This document shows positions 1-12,909 of a stretch of DNA of 64,000 nt, in pieces (position 1 is the stretch's first letter; each line of letters starts with the position of its first letter). The stretch is from Octopus vulgaris (taxonomy: Eukaryota), in contig OX597839.1 in the NCBI GenBank assembly GCA_951406725.2, positions 12,338,001-12,402,000 of the forward strand, given 5' to 3'. Under the pieces are notes generated by a model that ran no database searches, was not told the origin of the DNA, and saw only the letters and a program-made list of their open reading frames with translations. The translations under genes and the position numbers were made by a program.

Positions 1-180
1 GAGGAAGAGGAAGAAAAAGAGAAAAAGGAAGAAGAGGGAGAAGGGAAAGAGGAGGAAGAGGAAGAAAAAGAGAAAGAGGAAGAAGAAAAGGAGGAAGAGG
101 AGGAGGGTAGCATAAAACAAAAGAAAAAGAGGTTAGAAAAACCCAGAAAACAAAAAAAAAGAGCAAAAGAGAAAATAAAA
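1..180. repeat. Polypurine (GAR/GA-rich) low-complexity tract
   Basis: Nearly pure G/A runs such as GAGGAAGAGGAAGAAAAAGAG; no splice or ORF support. Confidence 0.9.
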
Positions 181-376
181 ACACGTATAAATATTCAGAT
201 TAAGTGTATATTTGTTTGTATGTGTGTATATATATGTGCGTGTGTGTGTGTTATATGTATATGTATATGTATATACATAACTGTGTGTCTATATATATAT
301 ACATATATGTACTCATGCATATATGCATGTATTTATACATACATATATATACATGCATATATACATGCACACACAC

Positions 377-429
<53 letters not shown>

Positions 430-920
430 AATCAGGGGTGCAGTCAGCCACAGCACATCCCTCCCAGCCCAGCCACGCCCATCCACATCCACATCTTACA
501 TTATCTCGTTTTGCAAATATATTTACGCTTCATTCCTTGCCACAATCTCTTGAAGAAGTTCTTATAAGAATATTGATTGTTTGGTTGGAGTAAACCCGAA
601 TATATTTATAAAAAAGCAAAAACAAGACAAAACAAAAGAGATGCAAACGTACAAGGGAGACGACGACAACAACAAAAACAAGAGTGTATTAAAAGAGAGA
701 GAGAGAGAGAGAGAGAAAAAAAAACAACTCCCCGCCCCAGAAAAATGTCGTATTTCTTCCATATTAACCCCAAATCTTCTCTATCTCAAGAAGATAATGA
801 AAAAATGGAAAGCATATGAAGTAAGATAGACATTAAAAATATATCTGAAATATACGCGATAAACGAATGGAAAAAATATATATATTATAAGTCTTGGTGA
901 ATGTTGCGTGCGAGCTCTGC

Positions 921-962
<42 letters not shown>

Positions 963-1317
963 TGTTTAAGTATGCGTGTATTTGTTCCACGTGTCGATGT
1001 TTAAGCAGGTATATATGTATGTAAGTGTATGCATATACATATATGTTTGTAGTACACAGTTCTATGGATACTTATATGTATATATGTGCATACATTCACA
1101 TACATACATACACACACACATATATATATACATACACACACATACATAAGCACACACACACATATATTTAAAATCACGTACATTTATACGTGTATGAAAA
1201 TATATATGCACACATGCATACATACATACATACATACATATATACATACATACATACATACACATACATGCAGACATACATATGCATGTAAAAATATACG
1301 TACGTATAGTTTTGAAT

Positions 1318-1349
<32 letters not shown>

Positions 1350-2717
1350 CACTATCAAGTATAGTGTGTATATACATATATGTAGAGAGAGAGAGGAGGG
1401 AAGAAAGAGATGGATAGCTATGCATTTATAAGCATGTAGATGTGTGTGTGTGTTTATATTCACTAATACATACATACACACACTCAGTAGCGCACACACA
1501 CATATATAAATATGTGTGTATATAGACAGGTGTATACATAAACATAAAAACGTATATAATTGATAATCCTTGCAAAAAGGATTACATTTGAAGCTTTAGC
1601 TTACACAATTTTTACCTCTATTGCTGAAGACACAATATGTGACGGCCGCCATATTTTTTCATAGATAATTTTTTTCCCTTTCTAAATTCCGTCCTTCTTT
1701 TTTCGGTGGATGCTTTCAAATCATATCCATTCTTCTCTCCTTTCATTTACATTCTATGATTCCTTTACTGTTTGAGGAATGTTTTTCCATTATGGTCTTT
1801 TAGTTTATTATACAATATTTTTATTTGCATATAATATAATATATAATATATGCATGTATGTATGTATGTATGTATGTATGTATGTATGTATGTATGTATG
1901 TATGTATGTATGTATGTATGTATGTATGTATGTATGTATTCATGAATGCATGTATGTATATATGTATGTATTCATGCATGTATGTACATATGTATATATA
2001 TATGTATGTATACCTTTGAATAAATTTATACGTCTATGTGTATGTAGGTGTATAAGTATGTGTGAATATGTGCGTGCGTGTAATATATATTATTCATTGC
2101 ATGTTTTGTGTATCTACATACGTATACATGTATATAATGTGTGTATATAGGACATAAATGTATTTATTATATATATATATATATACATATAGATCTACAT
2201 TGTGGGTGTTCGCTACTTTAAATACATGTTTGCGCATATATATTTGCATGTATGTATGTATGTATATATATATATATATATATACACAGATATATACTTA
2301 TACATACATGCAAATATAAGTAACTGCATACATATATACATACATATATATATATGTGTGTGTATACATATGGTACATATGTGTACATACATATTACAAA
2401 CACACACATAGATGTATATACATGCATACAATACATGTAAGTATGTATGTATGCATATGTACATATATATTTCCCCTTTGGTTATCTACAAGGTGTTATA
2501 CGTACATATGTATCTGTGAGTCATCTGAACAACGTGTCTCAGAACATGCTGATGTCTTCATGTTTCACCAATAAACAACTATATTACATTTTATTCTACA
2601 ATTCATCAAAAAAAGACATACAATAACAATAATGATACACAGATATGCAGAGACATGTTGTTTACATGTATGCAGGCGTATATAGATACGAGTGTATGTG
2701 TGTATGTATGTATTAAG

Positions 2718-3030
2718 GCGCTGGCGGGGGCTGTGTGGTAAGAAGGTTGCTTCTCAACCACATGGTTCTAGGTTTAATCCCAGTGCATAGCTCCTTGGCC
2801 AAGTGTCTTCTACTATAGCCTCAGGCCGACAAAAACCTTGTGAATGGATTTGGTAGACGGAAACTGAAAGAAGCCTGTCGTATATGTGTGTGTGTGTGTG
2901 TTTGCCTCTCATCACCGCTTGACAACCGGTATTGATGTGCTTACGTCTCCGTAAACTAGCGGTTCGGCAAAAGAGAACAACAGAATAAGCACTAGGCTTT
3001 AAGAAAGTAAGCTCTTGGGTCGATTAGTTT
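2718..3030 (+). mobile_element. tRNA-derived SINE, most abundant family here (family A); representative copy
   Basis: Head GGCTGTGTGGTAAG...GGTT(C)AGTCCC and body GGATTTGGTAGACGGAAACTGAAAGAAGCC recur about 20 times, e.g. 23945-24330(-), 28700-29480(-), 32588-33100(+), 36180-36540(-), 51232-51625(+), 57730-57980(-). Confidence 0.85.
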
Positions 3031-3200
3031 GATTAAAACCTCCGGGTTCAGTCCCACTGCATGGCTCCTTGGGCAAATGTCTTCTCTAGGCTCGAACCGA
3101 TCTGGTAGATGGAAACTGAAAGAAGCCCGTCGTATATACAGTACATACATCTGTGTGTGTGTGGAAAGTTTTGTACGTATGTATGTATATATATATATAT

Positions 3201-3510
3201 ATCACCGTGATCACCGTGATCGATCAGGCTATCAGATGTTGCTACACATCGCTGGTCACAATGCGCTTCGCATTGTTTTAGCCTTCAAATGACGTCACCC
3301 CGCTGGCTAAGCGAGCAGGCCAACAGAAGAAAGAGTGAGAGAAAGTTGTGGCGAAAGAGTACAGCAGGGATCGCCACCAACCCCTGCCGGAGCCTCGTGG
3401 AGCTTTAGATGTATTCGCTCAATAAACACTCACAACGCCCGGTCTGGGGATCGAAACTGCGATCCTACAACCGCGTGTCCGCTGCCCTAAACACTGGGCC
3501 ACTGCGCCTC

Positions 3511-3511
<1 letters not shown>
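3201..3511 (-). mobile_element. tRNA-derived SINE (family C), full length
   Basis: Minus strand GGAGGCGCAGTGGCCCAGTGTTTAGGGCAGCGG (A box) ... GTTTCGATCCCC (B box); near-identical copy at 38916-39218(+). Confidence 0.85.
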
Positions 3512-3541
<30 letters not shown>

Positions 3542-3995
3542 GTATGTATGTATAAAAATACATATATATATGTATGTACATATATATATAAATATATGTG
3601 TATATATAATACAAACTCGTTTGTGTATGTATATGTTTATACACGCACACACAGATATACACACAAACAGGTAAGACTGGTCGCATCTTGAATGCTTTTC
3701 TTCTTACACTCACTTTGATCAAAGGTGACCTAGGACTAAATTGCAAGACAGATTCTTCAAGCCAAGCTAACCGGTAGGAGACCCAAGGATGGAACCAAGA
3801 ATGGGATGGTTGGCTAATACTCTTGGTCTCAGATGGTCACTAGTTACGCTTTGGCATCCAGGCAGAAAGCCTAATGACAGTTGCTTTTGATACAACCCTA
3901 TGGGGGAGTTCCCTGCAGGCTCTAGTCCATCCCACGGCCCTCTCAGGAATAATGGGAGGGAAAGATGGACGGACGGATGAATCGATATCCGTAAA

Positions 3996-4227
3996 AGGCG
4001 GCGAGCTGGCAGAACCGTTAGCACGCCGGGCGAAATGCGTAGCCGTATTTCGTCTGCCGTTACGTTCTGAGTTCAAATTCCGCCGAGGTCGACTTTGCCT
4101 TTCGTCCTTTCGGGGTCGATAAATTAAGTACCAGTTACGCACTGGGGTCGATGTAATCGACATAATCCGTTTGTCTGTCCTTGTTTGTCCCCTCTATGTT
4201 TAGCCCCTTGTGGGTAATAAAGAAACA
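3996..4227 (+). mobile_element. SINE family B (Nin/Deu-domain-like) with 12-bp target-site duplication
   Basis: A/B boxes AGCTGGCAGAA...GAGTTCAAATTC; core GTCGACTTTGCCTTTCGTCCTTTCGGGGTCGATAAATTAAGTACCAG; TSD GATATCCGTAAA at 3984-3995 and 4228-4239; more than 10 further copies in the window. Confidence 0.85.
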
Positions 4228-4974
4228 GATATCCGTAAACAGGTAAGAATGGTCGTATCCGGCATGCTTTTATTCTTACAGCCACATTGATCAAAGCTGA
4301 CCTGGGGCTAAAATAACAACAACGACAACAACAACATACACACGCAGAAAAGTGCTGTTTTCTCTTAAAATGCTACTAAATTATGTTTTAAAATATTCAA
4401 AGAGAAAACAAACAATTTGTATTGTTTACAAATAAATCGTTCTTAGTTTTCTTAAATGAAATGGTAAATTTAATAAATAAATATATATAATTAGACAATT
4501 CAATATAAATTTCCGATCTATATAAATCGATTGTTCTCTGTGATCTCTATCGAATTTGATTTTTTTCAAAATATTTTTTTAGGCAAAATATACCTTTGAT
4601 GTTTATTTATTTATGTATTTATTTATTCAGTATGTTTTGTGATTTAAAAAAAAAAATGAATTTACGTTTTAATCTAATGTCCGAGAATGTTTGAAGTTGT
4701 ATAGGAATTAATGTAGAGCACTTAACAACAAACATACACAAACACACACACATATAGGTATGATTATATATATACACACATATACATGTGTGTGTGTGTA
4801 TACAAACATATGCGTACACAGATATGTATGTAAAAAACAGAAACATTTGGATACACGCACACACATCATATACATACACATATTTTTATTTGTATTCACG
4901 TACATATGTATGCTTGTATATACACATATAAATATATATGTATATGTGTGTGCGCGTGTGTAAGTACAGATATT

Positions 4975-5062
<88 letters not shown>

Positions 5063-5544
5063 GTAAAATCTGAATAGACTATTAAAAGAATCATTACGTT
5101 TTATATTCTAACATGACGATTTTAGATGACAAACAAGGAAATGTTGTTTTATAATAAAAATAAACAAAACGAAAAACTAAAAAATTCGTTTATGCAAAAG
5201 TACGAATACCATTTTTTATGTTGATATTGGTATAAAATCTTGACACAAGGCCAGCAATTTTAGCGATCCCCGCCTCCTAGTGCTCAACTGGTATTTATTT
5301 TACCGACCCTGGAACGATAGAAGGCGAAGTCGACCTCGGCGCAATTTGAACTATTTAGGTTCTAAGGTCAAATTCCACCGAGGTCAGCTTTGGCTTTCAT
5401 CCTTTCGGGGTCGATAAATTAAGTACCAGTTACGCACTGGGGTCGATGTAATCGACTATCCCCCTCCCCCAAATTTCAGGCTTGTGCCTATAGTAAGTAG
5501 AAAGGATCCTCCGCTTCCTCCTCCTCCTCCTCATCATTATTAAG

Positions 5545-5960
5545 GTCACTGAATTGTTAGTGCACTGAACGAAATGCTTAGAGGTATTACGTCTGCCGTT
5601 ACGTTCTGGGTTCAAATTCCGCCGAGGTCGACTTTGCCTTTCATCCTTTCCGGGTCGATTAAATAAGTACCAGTTACGCACTGGAGTCGATATAATCGAC
5701 TTAATCCGTTTGTCTGTCTTTGTTTGTCCTCTCTGTGTTTAACCCCTTGTGGGTAGTAAAGAAATATAAATAGGTATTTCGTCTGCCGCTCCACATTCTG
5801 AGTTCAAATTCCGCCGAGGTCGACTTTGCCTTTCATCCTTTCCGGGTCGATTAAATAAGCACCAGTTACGCACTGGGGTCGATATAATCGACTTAATCCG
5901 TTTGTCTGTCCTTGTTTGTCCCCTCTGTGTTTAGCCCCTTGTGGGTAGTAAAGAAATAAG
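5545..5960 (+). mobile_element. SINE family B with tandemly duplicated body
   Basis: Two consecutive copies of GTTCAAATTCCGCCGAGGTCGAC...GGGTAGTAAAGAAATA. Confidence 0.8.
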
Positions 5961-5964
5961 GAAC

Positions 5965-6135
5965 GAGGAAGAGGTCATCGTTAGGGTGGTCAAATTCATT
6001 CAGAAATGGGCAGAAAGGAAGCTGTTACTGAAAGGCAGGATGAAAGTAGCAAATGTATACATTGCCTCGGTAGTGTGCTAACGCCTAGCCGTCATACATT
6101 GTCCCAAGAAAGCACTGACCAGATTGGAGCTCTTA
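5965..6135 (+). mobile_element. L1/Tx1-like LINE ORF2 fragment
   Basis: Translates to WAERKLLLKGRMKVANVYIASVVC*RLAVIHCP, resembling the post-RT 'W..R.LSL.GR' motif of Tx1/L1 elements. Confidence 0.55.
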
Positions 6136-6139
6136 CAAA

Positions 6140-6637
6140 ACTCTCGTCGCGACACTGATTCTGCAAATCTGGGTTGGGTATGAAAATCAACTTTAAAGTA
6201 TAAATATAGGTGTTTTTGAATCAGCAATGTTGTGTTTGGTTAAGTCCTATTTGGAGTGAAAAATCAATAAACGGATTCCTTATGGGGTTTTCTATTTAAT
6301 CAGGATAAAAAAAAATCGATAAACCGATTCCTTATAGGACTTCCCACTAAAATTGGCTACACCCCATTTTCAACCATAACTTTTAGCAATTTTGATGTAT
6401 TTTGTTCAAACTTGATGCCAGCATTACTTATGACTCAGTGGGATCTTTGATAAACCGATTCCTTATGGGATCTCTCAATCAAATTGTCTGCAACTCATTT
6501 TCAGCCAAAAGTTTACCAATTTCAAGGGATTTCGCTCAAATTTGACGTCGATGTTACTTAGTTTGGTTTGAAATAAAGAGCTTGATTAGCTTGATAATCC
6601 TAACTTAATCCCGAGCAAAGCCGGGCTATACAGCTAG
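6140..6637 (+). mobile_element. Non-autonomous Helitron-like element (3' end)
   Basis: Subterminal hairpin CCCGAGCAAAGCCGGG (6610-6625) followed by CTAG (6634-6637) then T; three internal repeats of ATAAAC(C/G)GATTCCTTAT. 5' boundary uncertain. Confidence 0.55.
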
Positions 6638-6649
6638 TTTATTATTATT

Positions 6650-7160
6650 ATTGAGTGAGCGAGCAGAGCATGCCATCAAAATGACACTGGGGTAAAATAT
6701 ACGAAGCCCAGTATACCCATCATGACTACCCGTCTGATAAGGGTACACCAGGCACATGCATCACAACCATATGTGCGCGACATGGTGATCTCATATCAAG
6801 ATAAACAGCACATGACCTTGCAGGTGGAGCCCAGTTAGAATTTTCTTCAGATCGAGTAGTCCATCCCGCTCAAAAGGTCCCTGAATAAGGGTTGTTTAAA
6901 GATGTTGAACGAAACACCCATGTTTCCAGAGATGAATTATTCAAACCCCAAACTACTGCTCGTGGTCAGAGATGCACATATCGTCAGCCACTAAGGGACA
7001 TGCTCAAATGGTTAAGGTCAAACAACTGACAAGCAAATCTGTGGTATTGAGCAGAATATTTGCTGTAGCCCATCTTTTATACCAAGACAAAACAATGTAC
7101 ATGATAACACTTCCAATCAGTTAAGATCAGAAGCCATGAGAGCCACTGCCTGGTACTGCA

Positions 7161-7162
<2 letters not shown>
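6650..7162 (-). mobile_element. Non-LTR retroelement 3' segment inserted in (TAA)n (Dong/R4-like)
   Basis: About 510-bp repeat flanked on both sides by (TTA)n; homologous copy at 54197-54748 also in (TTA)n. Clade and strand inferred from target preference only. Confidence 0.55.
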
Positions 7163-7211
<49 letters not shown>

Positions 7212-7796
7212 GGGCGATGAGCTGGCAGAATCGTTTGCACGCATGGCAAGGTGCTTAGCATCATCTCGTCATTCCGCCAGGGTCGACTTCATCTTTCATT
7301 TTGAGGTCAATAAAGTAAGTGTTAGTTGAGCACTGGAGGTGGGGGAGAAAGTGATGTGATCGACTAACCACTAACACCTCCCGCCTCGCCAAACAAAATT
7401 GGTTGCCTTATGCCAAAATTTAAAACCATAATTACTGCTGCTGCTGCTGATGATGATGATGGCTTATCATCGTTCATTTTGTTGCTAATTAAATTCTATG
7501 TCTCTGTCTCTTTCTCTTTCTCTATCTCTTTCTCTCTGTCTCTCTCATAGATTTAAAAACTGTAGTGCTTGGTTGGTTTTCCCCTTGTTTCCGAACTAAA
7601 TTATCACATAGACTTTCAAATTCAATTTATGTCGAGTAAAATAGTGATAAAATCTTGTCAGAAATATTTAGCTGTAAAAATGATTATTTAATTTTTTTTC
7701 CTTGGCGAAAAAATATAAAAAAAGTAGAAAGAAAAAATAGTCTTTACAGGGAATTTTCTACGTACGTACGTACGTACGTACGTATGTATGTATGTA

Positions 7797-7827
<31 letters not shown>

Positions 7828-8204
7828 GAGTGTATGTATATATTTATGTATGCATGATGTATGTATGTGTGTTTGTACGTTTGTGTGTATGTATGTATTA
7901 TGTACATGTAGGTATGTATGTCTATGTTTGTATGTAGTATATATGTATTTATGTATGCGCATGTATGTATGTGTGCATATGTGTATGTACGCTTGTATGT
8001 ATGCATATGTTTGTATGTGCATGTGTATATATATGTAATGTATGTACGTATTTATGTATATATATATGTATGTCTTTATGTATGTAGTTATGTATGTTAT
8101 GTATGTATGTATGTATGTGTACATGTGTGTCTATGTACGCATGTATGTATGGATAATGCATGTGTATTTGTATATATGCACTAATGTACACATTTCTTTT
8201 TATT

Positions 8205-9040
8205 CTTTTAGAAAGATGGAACTGATTTCTAACAAAGAAACAAAAACTTCATTAACCGAATTTCGATAGCAAGAAAATCTCGCATATTTTTACCGTTCCT
8301 CTTACAGGTTTTACAGTTCGTGTTAACCGATCTCTTTCTTTGCTTGGTAATCCAAGCTTATCCAGATTGTGACTTAGTGATATTTACTAACATAACTAAA
8401 TGCACCAATGATTATTGGTATGAATGTAAATTTACGATCAGAGTAGAAGAGTTGCAGGTGTCCGTAGATATTCTCTTTGTCGCTGATTTTGGAAGAGATG
8501 TCCATGACTTTATTCTAAATAAATATAGCAGACTTGGGCATTCTTTCGATATAACTCAACAGAATTAAAACAGTTCACTTCGGGTATTTCCGTAGGTTGT
8601 GGAGTATAGATATAACGCCATAGATATTATGCCAGCAATGTCTCATTTTAAACTTGAAGAAAAAAAGGCCCCGGATATTTGTTCTTACCTGTTTCATGTG
8701 TGTATGTAAAATCCGAAAATTTCCAAGCAGAAAACAATCGAACTTATCATTTGCTTCCACGAAAATACCCGAAGTGAAATGTTTTGATTTTGTCGAGTCA
8801 TATCGAAAGAATAACCAGACCTGTTATGCTTGCACTTGGTAGATGTTTTTAAGGGACCGTTCCACCGATATTCCTTGTGCTGATACGCACATATGTGATG
8901 TCTTTACAATTATTCAAACCGGTGTCCTCACCTTGATTGTTGCTTTCACTACATTTCGGGTGTGTCATCGTGATGTTTTTCGCCTCAGTTGATTTTTGTG
9001 AATTCTCTTTAGCGATTCCTACATGGTACTGTATCAGGGT
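8205..9040 (-). mobile_element. Degenerate Penelope-like element fragment
   Basis: Interrupted minus-strand reading resembling the PLE RT C-terminus/GIY-YIG region; shares the tail TTTCTAACA(A/C)AGA with 21590-22205. Confidence 0.5.
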
Positions 9041-9043
9041 ATA

Positions 9044-9094
<51 letters not shown>

Positions 9095-9295
9095 AAATAC
9101 AACGCACCAAATTTTGGGTAAGGGATTAAGTCGATTACATCAACCCTCATTGCGTAACTGGTACTTATTTAATCAACCCCGAAAGGATGAAAGGCAAAGT
9201 CGACCTCGGCGGAATTTGAAATCAGAACGTAACGATAGACAACATACAGCTAAGCATTTTGTTCAGTGCGCTAATGATTCTGCCAGCTCGCCACC

Positions 9296-9329
<34 letters not shown>

Positions 9330-9369
9330 TAATAATAATAATAATGATAATAATTATTATTATTATTAC

Positions 9370-9402
<33 letters not shown>

Positions 9403-9442
9403 TATTATTATTATTATTCATTATTATTATTATTATTATTAC

Positions 9443-9474
<32 letters not shown>

Positions 9475-9638
9475 GTTCAAATTTTTGCTACAAAGGCAGC
9501 TTGGGAGAGTTGGGGATGAGTCGATTACATCGCCCCCCGTATTTAACTGGTACTTAATTTATCGACCCCAAAAGGACGAAATACCGCTAAGCATTTCGCC
9601 CGGCGTGCTAACGTTTCTGACAGCTCGCCGCCTTCTTC

Positions 9639-9880
9639 CTAGTTCCTATCTACCAGGAGATCTGGTCCGAACCGGATTCCGAGCACTTTCAACGGACCCT
9701 CCTTCCAGCGACAGAAATCGCCGCTGGTCATGAACATACCTCTCCAAGAGCCTAGTTGCCAGCCCACTGATTTGTCCAGGTTTATGAGTGCTCCGGTACA
9801 TACCTGATATTCTTTCAGTATAGTGTTGATCGTTTCTGTATCCGAAGAGTCCGACACCATGTCAGTGACGCCGTGCAGAC
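9639..9880 (-). mobile_element. L1/Tx1-like reverse transcriptase fragment
   Basis: ORF 9639-9962 contains EYQVCTGALINLDKSVGWQLGSWRG...GPLKVLGIRFGPDL (RT domains 6-7, 'G..IN..KS' and 'K.LG'). Confidence 0.7.
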
Positions 9881-10319
9881 ACGTGCAGACACGGCTCTTT
9901 TGTGACATAGTACCCTCAAATTCTACAGCTTCCGCAGTAAAGGTTCTAAATAATGGCAACAACGATAACGACGACGACGATGATGATGATTAAATAAGAA
10001 AAGAAACAAAATAACCAACACATTTCTTTTTCCTTCGTTTTTAATCACAGAATGTTTCATTCAATTTATCAATTTCTATTTCGATAATTTTGTTTAAATT
10101 TCATTATTTTATATTATTTATTCAATTATTATTTCAACTTCTTAAAAATTTTAATTATACATATACATACATACATATATATACATATACATACATACAT
10201 ACAGACAGACAGACAGACAAACGTATATGTATGTATGTATATATATATATATATGTGTGTATATATACATATATATATATACATATATATATACATACAT
10301 ATATATATACATACATATG

Positions 10320-10371
<52 letters not shown>

Positions 10372-10590
10372 TATATACATATATATATATATACACACAT
10401 ATATATATATATACATACATATACGTTTGTCTGTCTGTCTGTCTGTATGTCTGTATGTATGTATGTATGTATGTATGTATGTATGTATGTATGTATGTAT
10501 GTATGTATGTGTGTGTATATATGTATGTATGTGTAAATATGCACTAACAGATACAGTCAGAGACATACATATATATGTACATTATATACA

Positions 10591-11160
10591 TACAGAGTGG
10601 CGTATGAAAAAGTAGCAAGTGTTAAAGAGCATAGTGTGAATACAGGAATAAATTTACACGCACGAAAAAGCACCCAGCCTTTTCACTTCCAAGTGTCGTT
10701 GTTACTTCGATCGAAAATGTAGGCTTTTAATTGCTGTGTACATGTGAAATGATATGGCCTCCACTCTAGACTTTTCAGCATCCGTTGGCATGACCGCCTG
10801 CTTGTGGGAGATCTGTGCCAATTTACGTGTTGACTTCTTTGGACTTCGAATAATCGTTTGGCGAATGTCCAGAGTAACTTCCGGCGTTTGTATTGTAAGC
10901 TTTCTTTGTTTTAGGGCGTTGTACACCGGTCCTGTAGCGCGCCAATTTTAACCAACATGTGTATCGTTCCCTTCGCCGGTAAGGCGTTATCCGGAAACTT
11001 GGCTTCAAAAATTTCATTCGTTTACTTAACAGAACCCATTTTCACATCTGCTTCCATAATCTGCACTCTTTCCGCTACTGATTACGACATCTTGCAGAAA
11101 AGGCTGGAGCTGTTCACTCAATGCAATCTTGTGGTAAGGATGCAATGAGGATAACAGTCA
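10591..11160 (-). mobile_element. Tc1/mariner-type transposon remnant (N-terminal HTH region)
   Basis: IRQTIIRSPKKSTRKLAQ HTH motif; terminus TACAGAGTGGCG after a TA. Confidence 0.6.
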
Positions 11161-11204
11161 ACTAGTGGCATTATCTTTGTTCAGCAGTTTCAAGCAGTCG
11201 AAAT

Positions 11205-11625
11205 AACTTGACTTGACAGCATTCATCCGGGGTGGGTTGAGCTGGCTTCATTCATCCTCAATGCTGCATCTCTCACAAACGCCGACCAGGCCTGGCGATT
11301 TGAGGCTAACGACCGCGTGATCTCCAACCACTCCTTATTCCAGCGGCGACGCCGTAGATATGGGGGCCTAGGTTGAGTTCCAGATCAGCCTTGACTGTCA
11401 TCAGCCAGGTTTTTTCGTTGTTCACCACATCGCTTTCGCCAACCCTGAAGGGGAGCTGGGGCAATTGCTTCGTAGATGAATTCTCCTGGTTGACGACGGA
11501 GGGCATGACCCAGCCAACGCAGACGTCTCGTTTTTTCGTGCACCACCTTGTATATTTCCATCCGGTATGCCACAGAATCCAGGGAACAGACCTTATTAGT
11601 CTGATCGAGAAAGATGCTTGACCTT
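11205..11625 (-). mobile_element. RTE-clade LINE 3' fragment
   Basis: RRLRWLGHALRRQPGEFIYEAIAPAPLQGWRKRCGEQRK carries the RTE C-terminal RLRW.GH..R motif; frameshifted. Confidence 0.75.
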
Positions 11626-12909
11626 TTTTCTTTTCTTTTTGTTAGATAATTGAAGTTATATTGAGGTACGTGTGGAAGCCATGAATTCTTTGGTCGTCTT
11701 TTTAACGATTCACAATTGTTGTTTGCGAGACAAAGGATTCATAAAATCAATTTTACCAGTTGTAGCTAATACAGATACTCTCTCTCTCTCACACACACAC
11801 ACAAATACACCGCCGTATATAAATGAAAACATTCTCTTATACAATAGAAATATAAACATAGACTGACGCACAGACAGATACACACATCGACTAATACTAG
11901 ATTCACTATGGCTAAATAAAAGGCAAGATGGTCACATCTGGAAGATCTTTCATCGGAAATTTGCTGGATCGAAGCAGACCTAGGCTGGCCTTGGCCTAAC
12001 AAGGAACAACAGGAATAACAGCAACAACGAGAATACAACAAGTCTAGCTGTGAGCCTCACACAAGCGCTAATCCAAAGCTTGTTGCCCTTTGTCACTTCT
12101 TAGTTTTCTTCCTTTTCTTTGTTTTTCTATTTGTTCACTTCCTCTTCATCCTCCTCCACTTCTCCTTTTTTGATATTTGGTTTACCCAAGGCTCCAACTC
12201 TATCAAAGACACGAGCTGCAGAAGACATATCCGACAGAGTGACCACATCCGTTCCACCGTCCAGAAATTTCTGTAGACACCGCAACCTCTGAGCCAAGAC
12301 ATACCGATCCCTCCATGAAGAGTGTATTGACAACAGATGGACCAGCCTATTAGTGGAATGCATCTCTTCCTCAAGAATTGAAAGAGTAGACGCACCGATC
12401 TAGTCATATGAAAATTGAGGTACCTACGCGGACCAAGTAGTATGCAAACTTTTGTTCTGTGAAACCGACCAGTTGCAGTTATGGATACCTCTCTGAGCCA
12501 ACGAAAACCGCAGCTGGATGATCCTGGTAGATACAATACGACCATGTCAGAAGAGATTATTCCGAACAGGCAATGCCATGACAAGTACTTTTTAAAAAAT
12601 TGTCTGTAACCCTCAACCTTGAAGTTCGGAAAAAAAAAAACCTATTCAGATTGTCCACGTGACGGCCAGAATGATTCCCAGACCACCGTCACTCATTTCG
12701 TCAGCTAATTCTGTATAGAATGTGGTATTTAACTTTCTACCGGCCACATGATATAGTTGGTAGAGAGAAATGAGTACTTGGCTGTATTCCAAATGCCAAA
12801 ACCCAACCCCGCTCTGCTTTTGGTCCAGAACTACAGCTCCAGTCAAAGTGACGAGCTCAGAAAAAGTTTGTCGCACAAGCAATGACTACACATTTGTCGT
12901 CTCTACCGT

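Noticed and set aside
204-2574. Many overlapping ORFs rich in Y/I/C/V/M/H/T (also at 7.7-8.2, 10.1-10.6, 35.2-35.7, 51.6-53.5 and 56.6-57.8 kb)
   Set aside because: Translations of (AT)n, (GT)n and (ATAC)n microsatellites, open on both strands.
3420-3511. tRNA genes at SINE heads (also 38916, 19990, 32590)
   Set aside because: A/B boxes run into SINE bodies and lack a closed acceptor stem.
12135-12584. 149-aa minus-strand ORF
   Set aside because: No recognisable domain or splice structure; probably decayed retroelement sequence.
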